Assembly (NCBI GenBank): GCA_964016885.1
Contig: OZ024741.1
Coordinates: 115,320,001 to 115,384,000, forward strand
Reading direction: 5' to 3'
Length of the DNA: 64,000 nt
DNA from: Eledone cirrhosa
Lineage: Eukaryota
Of this stretch, positions 30,045 to 44,080 are shown in pieces (the first letter of the stretch is position 1; each line of letters starts with the position of its first letter). Under the pieces are notes generated by a model. That model was not told the DNA's origin. It worked only from the letters and a program-made list of their open reading frames with translations, and did no database searches. Both the position numbers and the translations under genes were made by a program.

Positions 30045-30628
30045 ACGACTCTTTACGTTCTGAGTTCAAATCCCGCCGAGATTAGCTTTGACTTTCATCT
30101 TTACGGGGTCGATGACATAAGTATCAGTAACGCACTGGAGGTCGATTTAATCGACTTTCCTGTCCCCTAAAATTGTTGGCGTTGAGCCTAAATCAGAAAA
30201 CATTAAAGAGTAGAACAGGGTGGTGGATTGGCAGTATCGGTAGAGCGTCGGACACCATGCTACAGCCCTTTACGTTCTTAGTTCAAATCCCGCCGAGGTT
30301 CACTTTGCCGTTCATCCTTATGGGGGTCGATAAAATAAGTACCAGCAACTCACCGGGAATCGATTTAATCAACTTTCCTGTTCCCTAAAATTGTTGGCCT
30401 TGTGCCTAAATCAGAAACCATTATTAAGCTGTAGAAGAGGGTGGATTGGCAATATCGGTAGAGGGTCGGACGCTATGCTTTGACACATAGAGTTACGGCC
30501 CTTGCCATTCTGAGTTCGAATCCCGCCGAGGTTAACTTTGCCTTTCATCCTTATGGGATCGATAAAATAATGTACCAGTAATACACTGGATAATTGCTGG
30601 CTTTGTGCCCAAAAGTATAAACAATTAT
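30045..30628 (+). mobile_element. Three head-to-tail tRNA-derived SINE copies
   Basis: A/B boxes and core repeated at ~30045, 30218, 30438. Confidence 0.9.
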
Positions 30629-31339
30629 TAAGGTGTAGAATGGGATGTTTTGTGTTATCTGTTTCGGCTCTAATCCTGCCTCAAATCCAGCCCCCTTCTA
30701 CCAGGAGTTGCTAGTGTTAGATAGCATCAATATTGGAATGACAAATAACATTTCTTTCGTTTTTACTTTTGTCTATCTTTTACACATTTTTCTGTTTCTT
30801 TTTCTTTTGTTTTCCCTTTTTTTTTCTTACTTCAAAGTTATTTGGATATACGATTAGAGTAATACCAATATCCAATAATTCTGAACTGACATCTTGGGCA
30901 TATGTAATTAAACAAAACATTCCGTCACCACATGTAGACGGAAATTGTCTGGAAACTTGCCCGGTAGACTGTACCTGTAATTAAAAGGACTAGTTTTGTC
31001 ACACACTGTATCCCCTTGAATCGTCTTCAGAATTAAGTTTAGGGTACACGTGTCTGTGTAATTCTCAGCCACTTACACGTTAATTTCAGAAGTATGTTCT
31101 TCTGTTGGTCAAATCAACTGAAAACCTTATCGTCAAAACTACCCATTTGACTCCATCATTGCGAACTGTAAATTATATATCAGCAATATTTACTTACATT
31201 CCTGTTACATAAAAATAAACGTCAGTTAATGTTTTATTCTCTTCCACACAAAATTCTCTTCACATTTTCTTGGATAAATAACCTGTGGACTGAATAAATA
31301 GGGATTTTTACGAAAAGATAACGTATCTTAGCATAGAAA

Positions 31340-31680
31340 ACTGGATATTACACCGACAATAAGGAAGTCGGCGACAATGATGATGGTGAGGAGATGGAAG
31401 GAAATAATTATGGCGATGATAAGAGTGTTGATAATGTTAGAAATGGTGATGATGATATTAGAAATGGTGATAATGTAGAGGGAGATGATGATCATCATAA
31501 TAATGAAAATAAAGAAAAATGATCCGGATGCCAATTCTGACGATAGTTATGATACTGATGATGGTGAGAACAGCGACGAGGCTGGTGTTGTTGCTGCTGC
31601 TGATGATGATGGTTATGATGGGGATATAACGAAGAAGACGGTGGTAACGACGATGATATATATTGAAACCAGTAAAAGAA
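31340..31680. repeat. Degenerate (GAT)n low-complexity tract
   Basis: gat/gac/ggt triplet runs. Confidence 0.75.
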
Positions 31681-32624
31681 TGTAAGAAAATAATAGTGAG
31701 AGGAAGAATAAGCGAAACGTTTCCTGGAACATATTTTACTTAAGTGAAGAGATTTTATATGATAATCAGAACTGTCCAGTAGATTTAAGTTATAGAACAA
31801 TTTTCAAAATAGAAATGTTATGCAACTGTATAATACCAATTATTCTAAGTAGTTTTAAGAAACGGGTTAGAATTTAAATATTAAATCATAACTATTTTCT
31901 ATGTATTTTAAATATTAACAATTTTCTTAGAAAAGCATACAATTTGAAGGTATTAGAATATAAGACCGACATTTGACTTCTTTATATGACTTAGTGAAGG
32001 AACCTCAGTCCCAAACTCAACTGACTTCGGCTGACGGTACTTGAAATGAAGCGCTATCCAGGTTTACGGATCCCACCACCCCTCTTGATTTCAAAATGTT
32101 AGGTTAGTTTTGGGTTCGTTTTGAGATGGGGGTCGAGGCGGAGAGCAGGGCTAGCAATCTTACCTCCGTTAATCAACATTAATACAAAAACGATGAACAG
32201 ATACCTGGTCTGGTAGCAGGTCCATGATAAGGCTTAAATTAGTGCATAATGAAGATTTCTCGTCGACCGATACCCATAGTGAGCAAAAGGAATTAAGGAG
32301 AAAATAGTTTAGCGGGCTGCAACCATAAGTGTTTTTCAGAATATCTGAGATTGGTGAGAATAAAACGAGTAAGACTTTTGGTATCCTAAAATCGAACGCA
32401 TAGTCTGAAGGCTTCCAAAAGAAACAAAAAAGAAAGAAAAGGCACAGATAGTCAGATTGGACTAATGAAACTATTTCCATTGGTCTTTTTATTGCTATCT
32501 GCCGAGCGTAACAACGAGTAGAAGGAGTTGGTAGTTCAACTCGGAACATAAAGAATCGGATCAAATACCGCATACCACAAAGCATCTCGTCCGACTCTAA
32601 CAATTCCACAAATACACACCCACT

Positions 32625-32762
32625 TGGGCTGGTACTTTATTTATTGACTCCGAAACGATGGAAAGCAAAGTTGAGTTGGGTGGGATTTGAACTCAGACCG
32701 AAATGAGCCGTAATGAATATTGATGTATTTAATCCGATGCCGTAACCACTCAATTTGCCGCC
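32625..32762 (-). mobile_element. SINE fragment
   Basis: ctggtactttattt..gaaagcaaagttgag..ggatttgaactcag. Confidence 0.7.
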
Positions 32763-32869
32763 TCTCTAGTATGTGTGTGCAGGTATGGATGTAATTGTAT
32801 GTGTGGATGTGGATGTTTTGCGTTATATGTGTGCATGTGCATATGCTTTGTATATGTGAACATGCAGTT

Positions 32870-34050
32870 ATTAGATGCAGAATATCTTTTCTACGGATTG
32901 CATTGTACAGTGTTTTGGCGACTACATCATGTCTAATAGTTAGATAGTACCGTGATGACATCTTTGGACAACTGTTTATGACATGGATGACATCTTCGAT
33001 GTTAATTCTGCTGAGTCTGCAGTTGTTGTCACATCTAAGTGTTCTGACTGCATCTCTATCTCTTTTATGAATCAGGTATTTCGTATTGATTTCCCGATCT
33101 TGGATTTCAAAAGCGTACCCTTCAAAATGGGAGCCAATGTAGCAGTTGTTGTTCCAAGATAGACTACTTTGCTTATCGATATTACCCTCACTCTGGAGCT
33201 TCCTGGCAACATATCCATCTATGATTTTTTGCTGAGAAGCATGCAGTTTTTCATCCATGGATTCACTGCGGTACTGCTGGACAATTTCCCTGGGTGTGAG
33301 CTTTTGATTATCATGCATGGAGTATCTTTCAAGGATTTCTTTCCCAACTCTCATGACCTTATCTGTCTCATGCAGACAGACTTGCCCCTACGCTTCGGGG
33401 TTCGCATATGTTATCGGAGGGATAAGATGCGATACTCAAATGTTGTCTGGACTGAGGTTAAGCCTCTGCCTCCCTGCTTACGTTTTAAGTAGAGGCGGTC
33501 TATATTACTGTTGATGTGGAAATTTCCGGTGTTGTTTAGAATTTTTCGAGTTTTAACATCAATTGCTCGGATTTCGTCTATCGTCCAATCGAGTATTCCA
33601 AACGTTGGTGTTAGGACAGGCACAACAAACACATTGTGAGCCACTATTTTATTGTGCGCAGAGAGTTACGATGACCACATTCTCCTTAATCGGGTGTAAT
33701 ATTCCTTGGTTACACGTTCCTCATTACAAATACCAATAAAAGATATATTCTCATCTATCCCCAGGTATATTTAGCAGTCCTTGTCGGATATCGGTGAAAC
33801 AGTTAGGCCATTAATAAAAAATATTTGGTCGTAGTTTTTCCCCGCTTTACAATCATATGTGAATATTTATCTTAACTCCATTCCTATATCCTTTTTTGTA
33901 ACCAGGTCAGGATTTTTCTTCATCCCATTTATGTTTTTGGCATAAAGTTTCAGGTCATCCAGAAAGGAATTATGGGTTAAGACCATATTTCTGTCCTCCT
34001 GTGAGCCAATGATTTATCCTTCACATTTTTCTTACCAGAAAGGACAAGGA
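32870..34050 (-). pseudogene. Older R4/Dong-like non-LTR retrotransposon fragment
   Basis: Paralogous to 34810-36020: LYLKRKQGGRGL, CRLSRINIEDVIHVINSC, RHD. Confidence 0.85.
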
Positions 34051-34399
34051 GTTTAATGATAGGATAAATAGTAGCACAGAGAGACTGTCTACTTGAAATA
34101 TACCTATTTGATATTCTATTATATGCATGTTCTTCTGGTTTTATAATTTCACGAATTTTTACCAATAGAGAGAGAGTCGGTTTCTAACATAGACACAAGA
34201 CTCTCTCATTGGAATTTACACAACATCAACTAGGTAGATTATCTATGCATGTCTGCATGTGTAGATATGGATGTTATTGTATGTGTGGATGTGTATGTTT
34301 TGAGTTGTATGTGTGCATGTGTATATGCTTTGTATCTGTACATGTGTATATGCAGTTATTAGATGCAAAATTTTTGGAATGTTTTACATATTTTTACTG

Positions 34400-36690
34400 T
34401 TCCATTAATGGATTGTACTTATAATTTCCTAATTAGTTGTGTTCTTTCTGTTCCTGTGAAGCCTAGCTTCTCAAGATTTGTATTGAGGCAGTTACTAACA
34501 TAGCCCAGTGCCCCAATAATCACAGGCATAAATTTGAAGGTATAATCAGGGTGGAGTATCTGCGGATTTCTCATCAGTTCTGCATAAATATTCTCCTTTT
34601 CGCTAATCTTTGATATTATATTGACATCTTCTGGGCAGCTAATTTCCACTACTGTGCATGCTTTCTTCTCCTTGTCCCATATAATATTTGGTCTGTTATG
34701 CTTGCATTTTATTGGGGTTTTTACAGGAACATTCCACCAGTTCATTTCATATTATGTACATGGATATCTTCCACATTGCTGTAGCTTTTAATGTGTTTAT
34801 TATCGGGGCTATCTTTTTTACGAACTGTAGTGTACAGTGGTTTGGCCACTACATCATGCCTCATAGGTAAATAGTACCGCGATGACATCTTTGGACAGCT
34901 GATGATGACATGGGTGATATCCTCGATGTTAGTTCTGCAGAATCTGCACTTGGTATCACATCTAGGTGTTTTCTCTGCATCTCTATCTCTTTTGTGAATC
35001 TGGTATTTCGTGTTAATCTCCTGTTTTTGGATTGCAAAAGCGTATCCTTCAAAGTGGGAGCCAATATAGCGGTTGTTGGTCCAAGATAGACTACTTTCTT
35101 TATGTATATTACTCTCACTCTGAAGCTCCCTGGCAACATATCCATGCATGATTTTTTGCTGATAAGCATGCAGTTTTTCATCCATGGATTCACTGCGATA
35201 CTGCCGAGCAGCTTCCCTGGGTGTGAGTTTTTGATTATCACACAGGGAATATCTCTTGAGGAGTTCCTTCCCAACTATCATGATCATATCTGTTTCATGC
35301 AGATACACTTGCTCGAGAGACAGACTCCTACGCTTTCGAGGTTCGTAGATATTCTCGGAGAGATATGATGCTACATTTAATTGCTGTCTGGACTGATGTT
35401 AGGCCTCTGCCTCCCTGCTTACGTTTCAAGTAAAGGCGGTCTATGTCACTGTTGATGTGGAAGTTTCCGGTGTTGTTTAGTATTTTTCGAGTTCCAACAT
35501 CAACTGCTCGGATTTTGCCTATCGTCCAATTGAGTATTCCAAACGTTGGTGTTAGGACAGGCACAGCAAACACATTGTGAGCCAGTGTTTTGTTTTGCGC
35601 AGCGAGTTCCGATGACCAAATCTTTCTTAATCGGGTGTAGTATTCCCTGGTTACGCGTTCCTTATTACAGATACCATTATAGGATATGTTCTCATCTATC
35701 CCCAGGTATCTGTAGCAGTCCTCATCAGATATCGGTGAAACAGTTAGGCCATTGATGCCAATGTTGCTAGATTGGGTTGTTCTTTTCCCCCGCTTTACAG
35801 TCATGTATGAGCATTTATCTTGGCCAAACTCCATTCCTATATCCTTTGAGAACGTTGTAACCAGGTCAAGATTGTTCTTCATCCCATCCATGTTCTTGGC
35901 ATAGAGTTTCAGATCGTCCACAAAGAAATGATGGGTTAGGTACGTATTTCTGTCCTCCTGTGAGCCAATGATGTATCCCTCACATTTCTTGAGCAGAAAG
36001 GACAAGGGGTTTAATGAGAAGATGAATAATATCACAGAGAGACTGTCCCCCTGAAATATACCCCTGCGATATTTTATTTTATCAGTGAAAATAGAGTCCT
36101 CCCTCTCTGTCTTTAACCTTAGGATAGTAGCCCAAGAAGAATACAGCCTCTCTATGGCTCTGACAATAATGTCTGGAACTTTAGCAAGTTGGAGGGCCTC
36201 TATCATCCTAGAGTGGGGAACAGAATCGAAAGCTTTCTTGTAGTCCAGCCAGACTGTAGCCATATTCCTCCTAAGTTGTCGCACCTCCGACATCGCAGTT
36301 TTGTTGATTAGGAGTTGTTCAGCACATCCCCAAACCCCTTTATGTCCAGCTGCTTGTTCATCTGTGATGATGTTATTATTTTCAAAGTGATCTTGGAGGA
36401 ATAGGTTCAGGCAGGCTGTATACATCTTATACATCAGGTTCTGGCATGCAATGGTCGGTAGTTTTTGCCAAGTGGGTGTCTTTGTTCTTGGGGACCAGTA
36501 ATGTTTGTGCTAGTGTCAACCATTTTGGTATAAGTGTATCTCCCTTAAGAACTTGTTGGTAGAGGTCAGTAAGATACCTCCGATAGAATATCAGTTTTTG
36601 TACCAGTATCCGACAATCATGTATCTTCCTGGTATTTTCTTATCTTAGAGTTTTCCTATCACAGTCGTAAGGGTACCATCACTTATTTCG
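34400..36690 (-). pseudogene. R4/Dong-like non-LTR retrotransposon (RT, CCHC knuckle, restriction-like endonuclease), truncated and frameshifted
   Basis: EQ..GCAEQLL, WLDYKKAFDSVPH, GIFQGDSLS, FVDDLKLYA; CRFC..HVIISC; RHD; NRP.IIWD..VEISCP..K..Y. Confidence 0.9.
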
Positions 36691-36780
36691 TATGTATGTA
36701 TGTATGTATGTATGTATGTATGTATGTATGTATGTATGTATGTATGTATGTATGTATGTATGTATGTATGTATGTATTCA
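36690..36780. repeat. (TATG)n microsatellite
   Basis: Direct inspection. Confidence 0.95.
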
Positions 36781-37062
36781 TGTGTGTATGTATGTATGTA
36801 TTTATATATATGTCCTAGTGCGTTTTAAAGTCCCGGAAGTTATCGGTTCGGCGAAAACGTGACCAATAAAATAAATCGTGGTGTCGATATGATCTACTAA
36901 ATCAGGTGAAAGCTGTGCCACATGATAATGCTGTCTCATACATGAAATCAGTACACGAATTAAATAGTAAAATAATGTCATATGATTTTATGATGGGTCA
37001 CTGAATAGATAAATACCTTAAGCAGGTGTATTTCCAACATGACAAACGAAATATCTTGGAGT

Positions 37063-37165
<103 letters not shown>

Positions 37166-37254
37166 TGTATAAATCAAATTGCTATCCGTTCAGAGCATGG
37201 TTGTCCAAGGAAATCATAGATATCAAAGGAATTTTTTGGTTGTAATGTCTAATT

Positions 37255-37660
37255 TGATTTCTAGAATTTTCCTACGCAACACTGTACATCAATGGCTGGA
37301 GAGAAATGAACCAATTATGCTCCGATGGATGCGTAATGTGAGTGTGCACAAACGACGAAACAAAAGTGAACTGAGAGGAAATGTTGGCTTAAGATGAATT
37401 GGAAGTAACGTGCAAGAGAGAAGATTGCGCTCGTATGGACATGTGATGCGTATAGAGGATAGCAGTTGCATAAAATAATGCAGAGCAATCCAAGTAGCTA
37501 GAACCCGAGTAAAAAGCAGACTCAGGAAGACATGGGGGTGAGGTAGTGAAGAGGGATCTTTAGAAACTAAGCCTACAATTGAGATGACAAAAGATCGTGA
37601 GGGATGGCGATATGCTGTGATGATGAACACCAGCCCACAAGCATACAATATTAGGTGACC
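37255..37660 (+). pseudogene. RTE LINE 3' fragment
   Basis: LERNE..MLRWMRNVS..ELR; ERRLRSYGHVMR; RKTW..VKRDL. Confidence 0.8.
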
Positions 37661-37777
37661 CATCCATGAGCCTCCTCCTCTTCTCTCCCACTATCACCCC
37701 CCAGCTTCTATCCTTGCATATGAAGCTGCATAAGTTGGCTCAACTTATAAGTTCAGCAGTCGCAAGCGGTAGGAGGG

Positions 37778-37821
37778 ACCGTCCTGACGAAGGCCAGTCA
37801 AGCCTGAAATACATAGACGGT
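37778..37821 (+). ncRNA. Intact minimal type-I hammerhead ribozyme
   Basis: accgtc CTGACGA aggc-cagtcaa-gcct GAAA taca TA^ gacggt. Confidence 0.88.
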
Positions 37822-37945
37822 TGCCCCCCTTGCTTCTGTTGGACACGACCAGAGGGCGTTAGCCACGGTGTTTGCACAGCTATGGCTTCCTAAAACCGTG
37901 TTTCATTAGAAATACGAAATTTCTAAATATATATATATATATGTA

Positions 37946-38105
<160 letters not shown>

Positions 38106-38124
38106 AAGAATTAGAATATTTACT

Positions 38125-38590
38125 AAGATATATATACAGTTGCATACCTATGCCACCAAATATTTTGGTTTTGTCTTAGTAACTTTGTGGGTCAATGCAT
38201 GGGGATACAGAACAATAATATGAGAGACGTAAAATAAGATAATTATAAAAATTAACTTACTTACTAAAATTTCACTCCAACTAATTAGTTTCTTAAAGGG
38301 AATAAACGTAGTTTCCTAAGAAATGTACGGAGAAGCCTTTCGTCATCAGGGAAGTCTATTCTCAGCTAAGTTTCCAGGCAATACGTGGACACAGGGAACT
38401 TATACAAAAATAATTCAGTGGATGGAAAAAAGCAAAGCGTGGACTAAGTTCCAAGCTATTGAAAAAACTACTGCGTCGGTGGCAAATTCAAAAGAATCAA
38501 TCACGTGACATCGAGGTCAATTATTGAAGAGTCGTTTGTTAAGAAGACAGCAGCCGGACTGTTACTATGAACTATAGTAGCAGTTTTTCC
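38125..38590 (-). mobile_element. Non-coding HHR-bearing unit (PLE pLTR / retrozyme-like); second copy at 63449-64000
   Basis: Reverse complement matches 63630-64000 and 63449-63560. Confidence 0.85.
38274..38355 (-). ncRNA. Type-I hammerhead ribozyme with 50-nt stem II
   Basis: acttcc CTGATGA c gaaagg..ccttta a GAAAC taatta GTT^ ggagt. Confidence 0.75.
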
Positions 38591-39115
38591 ATTTCTCCGA
38601 GGGTTATAAACCCCACTATCAGGCTAGAAATTTCTTTAGTCTAAAATACGGTGTAAGCTTATAATATCTAATTTCTAATATACATATATATATATATACA
38701 TATATACATATACATATACATATATATACATATATATACATACATATATATATATATATATATACATATATATACATATATATACATATATATACATATA
38801 TATACATATATATACATATATATACATATATATACATATATATATACATATATATACATATATATATACACATATATATATATACATATATATATATACA
38901 TATATATATATACATATATATATATATACATATATATATACATATATATATACATATATATATATACATATATATATATATACATATATATATATACATA
39001 TATATATATACATATATATATATTTATACATATATATATATACATATATATATATACATATATATATATATACATATATACATATATATATATACATATA
39101 CATATATACATATAC

Positions 39116-39180
<65 letters not shown>

Positions 39181-39519
39181 CATATATACATATACATAAA
39201 TATATATTTCTACATATATATATATACATACATATATATATATATCATAAATCATGTCTTTAGAATCATCAGATAAAATATATAATATTTCTTCTTCTAA
39301 TTAGTATAATTAACCATATAAAAATCAATTAGAACAAGCTATAAGAATAAATGCTCTTATGGAGAAATCTCCGACAAATAACCGAACGTAGCCTCTTCGC
39401 GGCGGCCTCAATCGAGTATTTATCCAACATTTCGACAGCATGTAGAAACTGACTAAATATACCATCAACCATACACAATTAGGTGTAAAATTAAACTTAG
39501 AAGAAATGTGCACATACCG

Positions 39520-39638
<119 letters not shown>

Positions 39639-39956
39639 ACATACACATCTCTCTCTATATATATACATATATATCTATATATATATATACATATATATAC
39701 ATATACATATATATACATATATATATGTATATATATACATATATATATGTATATATATATAAATATGTATATTTATATATATAATATGTATAAATATGTA
39801 TATATATAATATGTATATACATGTATATATATAATACGTATATACATGTATATATATAATATGTATATATATGTATATATATATAATATGTATGTATATG
39901 TATATATATATATATGTATATATATGTATATATATATATATGTATATATATGTATA

Positions 39957-39989
<33 letters not shown>

Positions 39990-40008
39990 GCATATCTATA
40001 TATATATA

Positions 40009-40042
<34 letters not shown>

Positions 40043-40093
40043 TATCTATATATATATATGAATATCTATATATCCATATGAATATCTATATAT

Positions 40094-40160
<67 letters not shown>

Positions 40161-40294
40161 TATCTATATATATATATGAATATCTATATATCTATCTATA
40201 TATATATATATATATATGCATATCTATATATATATATGAATATCTATATATATATATATGAATATCTATATATATATGAATATCTATATATATA

Positions 40295-40330
<36 letters not shown>

Positions 40331-40490
40331 TGTATATATATATACATATATATATATACACATATATATATATGTGTATATGTATATATATATATGTATA
40401 TATATATATGTAGATATATATATGTAGATATATATGTATATATATATATGTAGACATATATACATATATATGTATATATATATATATATA

Positions 40491-40770
40491 GATAGTAAAG
40501 AATCATCTGTACTCTACCAACATGCTAAAATAGAACATAAGGGTAAATTAGAGAACATAGAAATAAATATAGAATCTACACACAGAAAAGACGCAATGTT
40601 TAGACAAATCACAGAGTCAATAAACATAAAATATTTACAATCAAAATTAAATAGAAAACATGAGTGGAACAGCAACATCACAACTTACAATTAAGGACAA
40701 AATGAAGATACACACGCACATAGCACAAACAAACAACCAGTAACATGTAAATAAACAAATAAATAAACGA
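40491..40770 (+). mobile_element. Fragment of the Naiad-like PLE (GIY-YIG C-terminus)
   Basis: Close copy of 5880-6160. Confidence 0.9.
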
Positions 40771-41134
40771 AAAAATAAGGCATAAGTGCCACTAAGAAAT
40801 ATAGAGGGCACAGAGAATAGTGGGAGCGGTCGGAAAAAGGGGGAAAGTATCCGGGGTCTAAGCCAACTGTTATAAGGGGCGGAGTCCGCCAAATCTATCA
40901 AAGACTAGGGGAGGGGGGGGGGGGGGTACTAAGGCTACATGGGGCCAAAGGGCAGCCTCGGGTGGGCGAGAAAAGACGCCGACAAAGGAGAAGAGCTGGG
41001 GTAGAAGGACAAAGGAGAGAGGGGGGAAGGAAATAAAGGAAGCGATAAAAGAATACAAAGAAGATCTTACGTCTTCCTTGGTAAGCAGGGGTTACCCATT
41101 GCAAAATCGGCAACTGGGGTGTTATAGCCCTAGT

Positions 41135-42190
41135 CTACCCCCCCGGGTCATTATGGGGTTTGAGGGCGAGGTAAGTCCTACGCAATCTATGTTTACATGC
41201 AGTAACCAGTTCATCTTTCTTGTTTAGGAGTTGGTCCGTCGAAAACAGCATTTGTAAAGTTTCCTCCGAGCATAAATTGCACGGACGGCGTCCTCCCGTG
41301 TAAGAATTGGCTCTGGACAGTAATCTCCAAGTGAGATCATAGGTGATGTTGTTGTCCTTGAGGTCCCATATGTGGCCCGAAAGTGTAGTGGCGTGACGCC
41401 GGGCCGGGTTTCGGAAGGTATGTCTATGTTGGTATAGCCGGGTCTTGAAGTCACATGCGGTAAGTCCTATATAGGCTTTGTTGGAGTTATCCGTCCTCAC
41501 GTTGCACTGGTAGATCACATTACGGTCTCTGCATCTATTGTCGAGTGGGCAAATAGATCTATCCGGGCAGTTACACCTCCTGGTCGGTTCTCCACTGCTA
41601 ATTAGGTTATTTCTGCCATCGGGGTTGAGTTTTTTGTTGTTAGAGGAGACGATGTTTTGTGCGAAGTTTGGTGTAGTGCTGTAAGAGAGTTTGATGGTAT
41701 TTTTGTTAATTATGTTGTGGTAGCGGTGTTGTAATGGGAAGTGTTTTTCAATGAGCCTAAAGAATAGTTTCCCGATGGGAGTAGTCACCTCTGCGTTGTG
41801 GGGAGGATTGAACCATGTTACATTGCGTGAGCGGCGGTGTCTCCTGCTGGTTCCGCTAATGGGAGCTGGACAGTAGGATATTTCCTCCCGGAAACCACTC
41901 CGCTTGAGGGCCTGGTTGTAATAAGGCGCATGTTCATCGAATATCTGCTCATTAGCTGACAAACGGGATATGCGGAGGGAGATGTTTTTGACCAGGTTGT
42001 TTGTGATGTTCCTAGGATGGTTTGATCGGCGGTGGATGTAGTGCAGATTGTCATTAGGTTTCCTGTATGGATAGTACAGGTCGTTTTCGAGGTCGAGGGT
42101 TACGTCCAGGAAGTTTACTCGGGTCAGGGACGTTTGTAGGGTTATTTTAAATCCCCAGTCGCGGAAGAATCTGATTAATTGTTTCCGGAC
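41135..42190 (-). CDS. PLE RT thumb + GIY-YIG endonuclease (5'-truncated, open)
   Basis: VNFLDVTLDL, SNHP, WFNPP, KLSYSTTPN, CNC..CPL, VIYQC..YIGLT..FKTRLYQH, CNLC..E, LNKKDE..CKH. Confidence 0.88.
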   Translation of the reverse strand, partial: VRKQLIRFFRDWGFKITLQTSLTRVNFLDVTLDLENDLYYPYRKPNDNLHYIHRRSNHPRNITNNLVKNISLRISRLSANEQIFDEHAPYYNQALKRSGFREEISYCPAPISGTSRRHRRSRNVTWFNPPHNAEVTTPIGKLFFRLIEKHFPLQHRYHNIINKNTIKLSYSTTPNFAQNIVSSNNKKLNPDGRNNLISSGEPTRRCNCPDRSICPLDNRCRDRNVIYQCNVRTDNSNKAYIGLTACDFKTRLYQHRHTFRNPARRHATTLSGHIWDLKDNNITYDLTWRLLSRANSYTGGRRPCNLCSEETLQMLFSTDQLLNKKDELVTACKHRLRRTYLALKPHNDPGG

Positions 42191-43073
42191 CTAGTCTTTG
42201 ATAGATTTGGCGGACTCCTCCCTTTATAGCAGTTGGCTTAGACCCCGGATACTTTCCCCCTTTTTCCGACCGCTCCCACTATTCTCTGTGCCCTCTATAT
42301 TTCTTAGTGGCACTTATGCCTTATTTTTTCGTTTCAGTATTTCTTGCTTCGCTTTTCTTCTGGGCGGGGTGGATTCTGAATTTATTTCTCCGTATTCTAC
42401 CTTTATTTCGTACGAACTTTCATGTAGCTTGTTTTAGATCTTTTAGAGTTAGCATTAGTATATATTTTTCTCGGGACTCAGAATTATTATCTCGTACAAG
42501 TTCACTTTGCTGCACTGGGTCGTTGCTGGCCCGGGATGGAAACCTTTATTGTTTATTTCGTGGTAGTCTCTTTAGTATTTTGGCCCCTTTTGTTGACCCG
42601 TCACCGTATCATTTACGTACTTATACCTCTTAAAAGGGTCCTCGCCTTATTCCGTCCCACCTAGTTCTCTTACTTATTTCCTTATTTATTTATTTATTTA
42701 TTTATTTACTTCTTTCTTTCTTTCTTTATTTTATTCTCGCCTAACAATAGCCTGACACCTAGGTCGTAGAATTTAATTTACTTTACTTTTTTCTTTACAC
42801 TTATTTGCTTTTCTTCACTCTCAGTATTTTTTCTTTCCTATTTCTACCCCCCATTGTTCTACCTACCGTTCCGACTTCCTCCCCCTCCCCCTCCCCTGTA
42901 TCTTCTTTGACCTCATGCCCAGCTGTAGCTGGCACTACCAACGCTTGATTGGGTCTACTGCACCCCCTCCCCTCTTTCTCCTACTGGCAGGTTTAGCCAC
43001 CATCTCCCCTACTAATTTGCAACCACAGAATTACTACTGATTTTTGACAATCACTTTGACCATATATGGAATT

Positions 43074-43167
43074 ACCCCTTGAGAAGATCGGCTATTTAAA
43101 TACCAGGATAAATTTTCATTTAGTCCAGAATTAGCCGTCGAAACGGCTTGAGCTCAGCTGTCGGGGT
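43074..43167 (+). ncRNA. Hammerhead ribozyme with U3-A8 core variant
   Basis: Same as 15919-16013. Confidence 0.8.
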
Positions 43168-43177
43168 CTTACTGGTT

Positions 43178-43392
<215 letters not shown>

Positions 43393-43616
43393 AAAATGTG
43401 AGATGTGAGAAAAACCACAGACCCTCCATCTCAACTAACCTTTTGAAAAACAGAAGAACTGTGAAGCCGGTAAAGGAACCAAATAAATATATATATTTTA
43501 AAAACAAATAAGACTCCAGTTGCATTTTCGATTTCCTCTCTTTTTCTTTATACTTTCACTCGTGTAGGACACCTCGGTTATTTTTCATTTTGTAAAAAAA
43601 ACCTCACTTTCTAATA

Positions 43617-43706
<90 letters not shown>

Positions 43707-43778
43707 CAAATATATATGTATATATGTATATATATATATGTATATATATATATATGTATATATATGTATATATATATG

Positions 43779-43809
<31 letters not shown>

Positions 43810-43834
43810 GTATATATATGTATATATATATATG

Positions 43835-43865
<31 letters not shown>

Positions 43866-43964
43866 TAATATATATGTATATATATATGTATATATATATA
43901 TATTAATATATATGTATATATATATGTATATATATATATATGTATATATATAAATATGTATATA

Positions 43965-44027
<63 letters not shown>

Positions 44028-44028
44028 G

Positions 44029-44079
<51 letters not shown>

Positions 44080-44080
<1 letters not shown>

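Noticed and set aside
31485-31685. Acidic Asp-rich ORF
   Set aside because: Product of the degenerate (GAT)n tract
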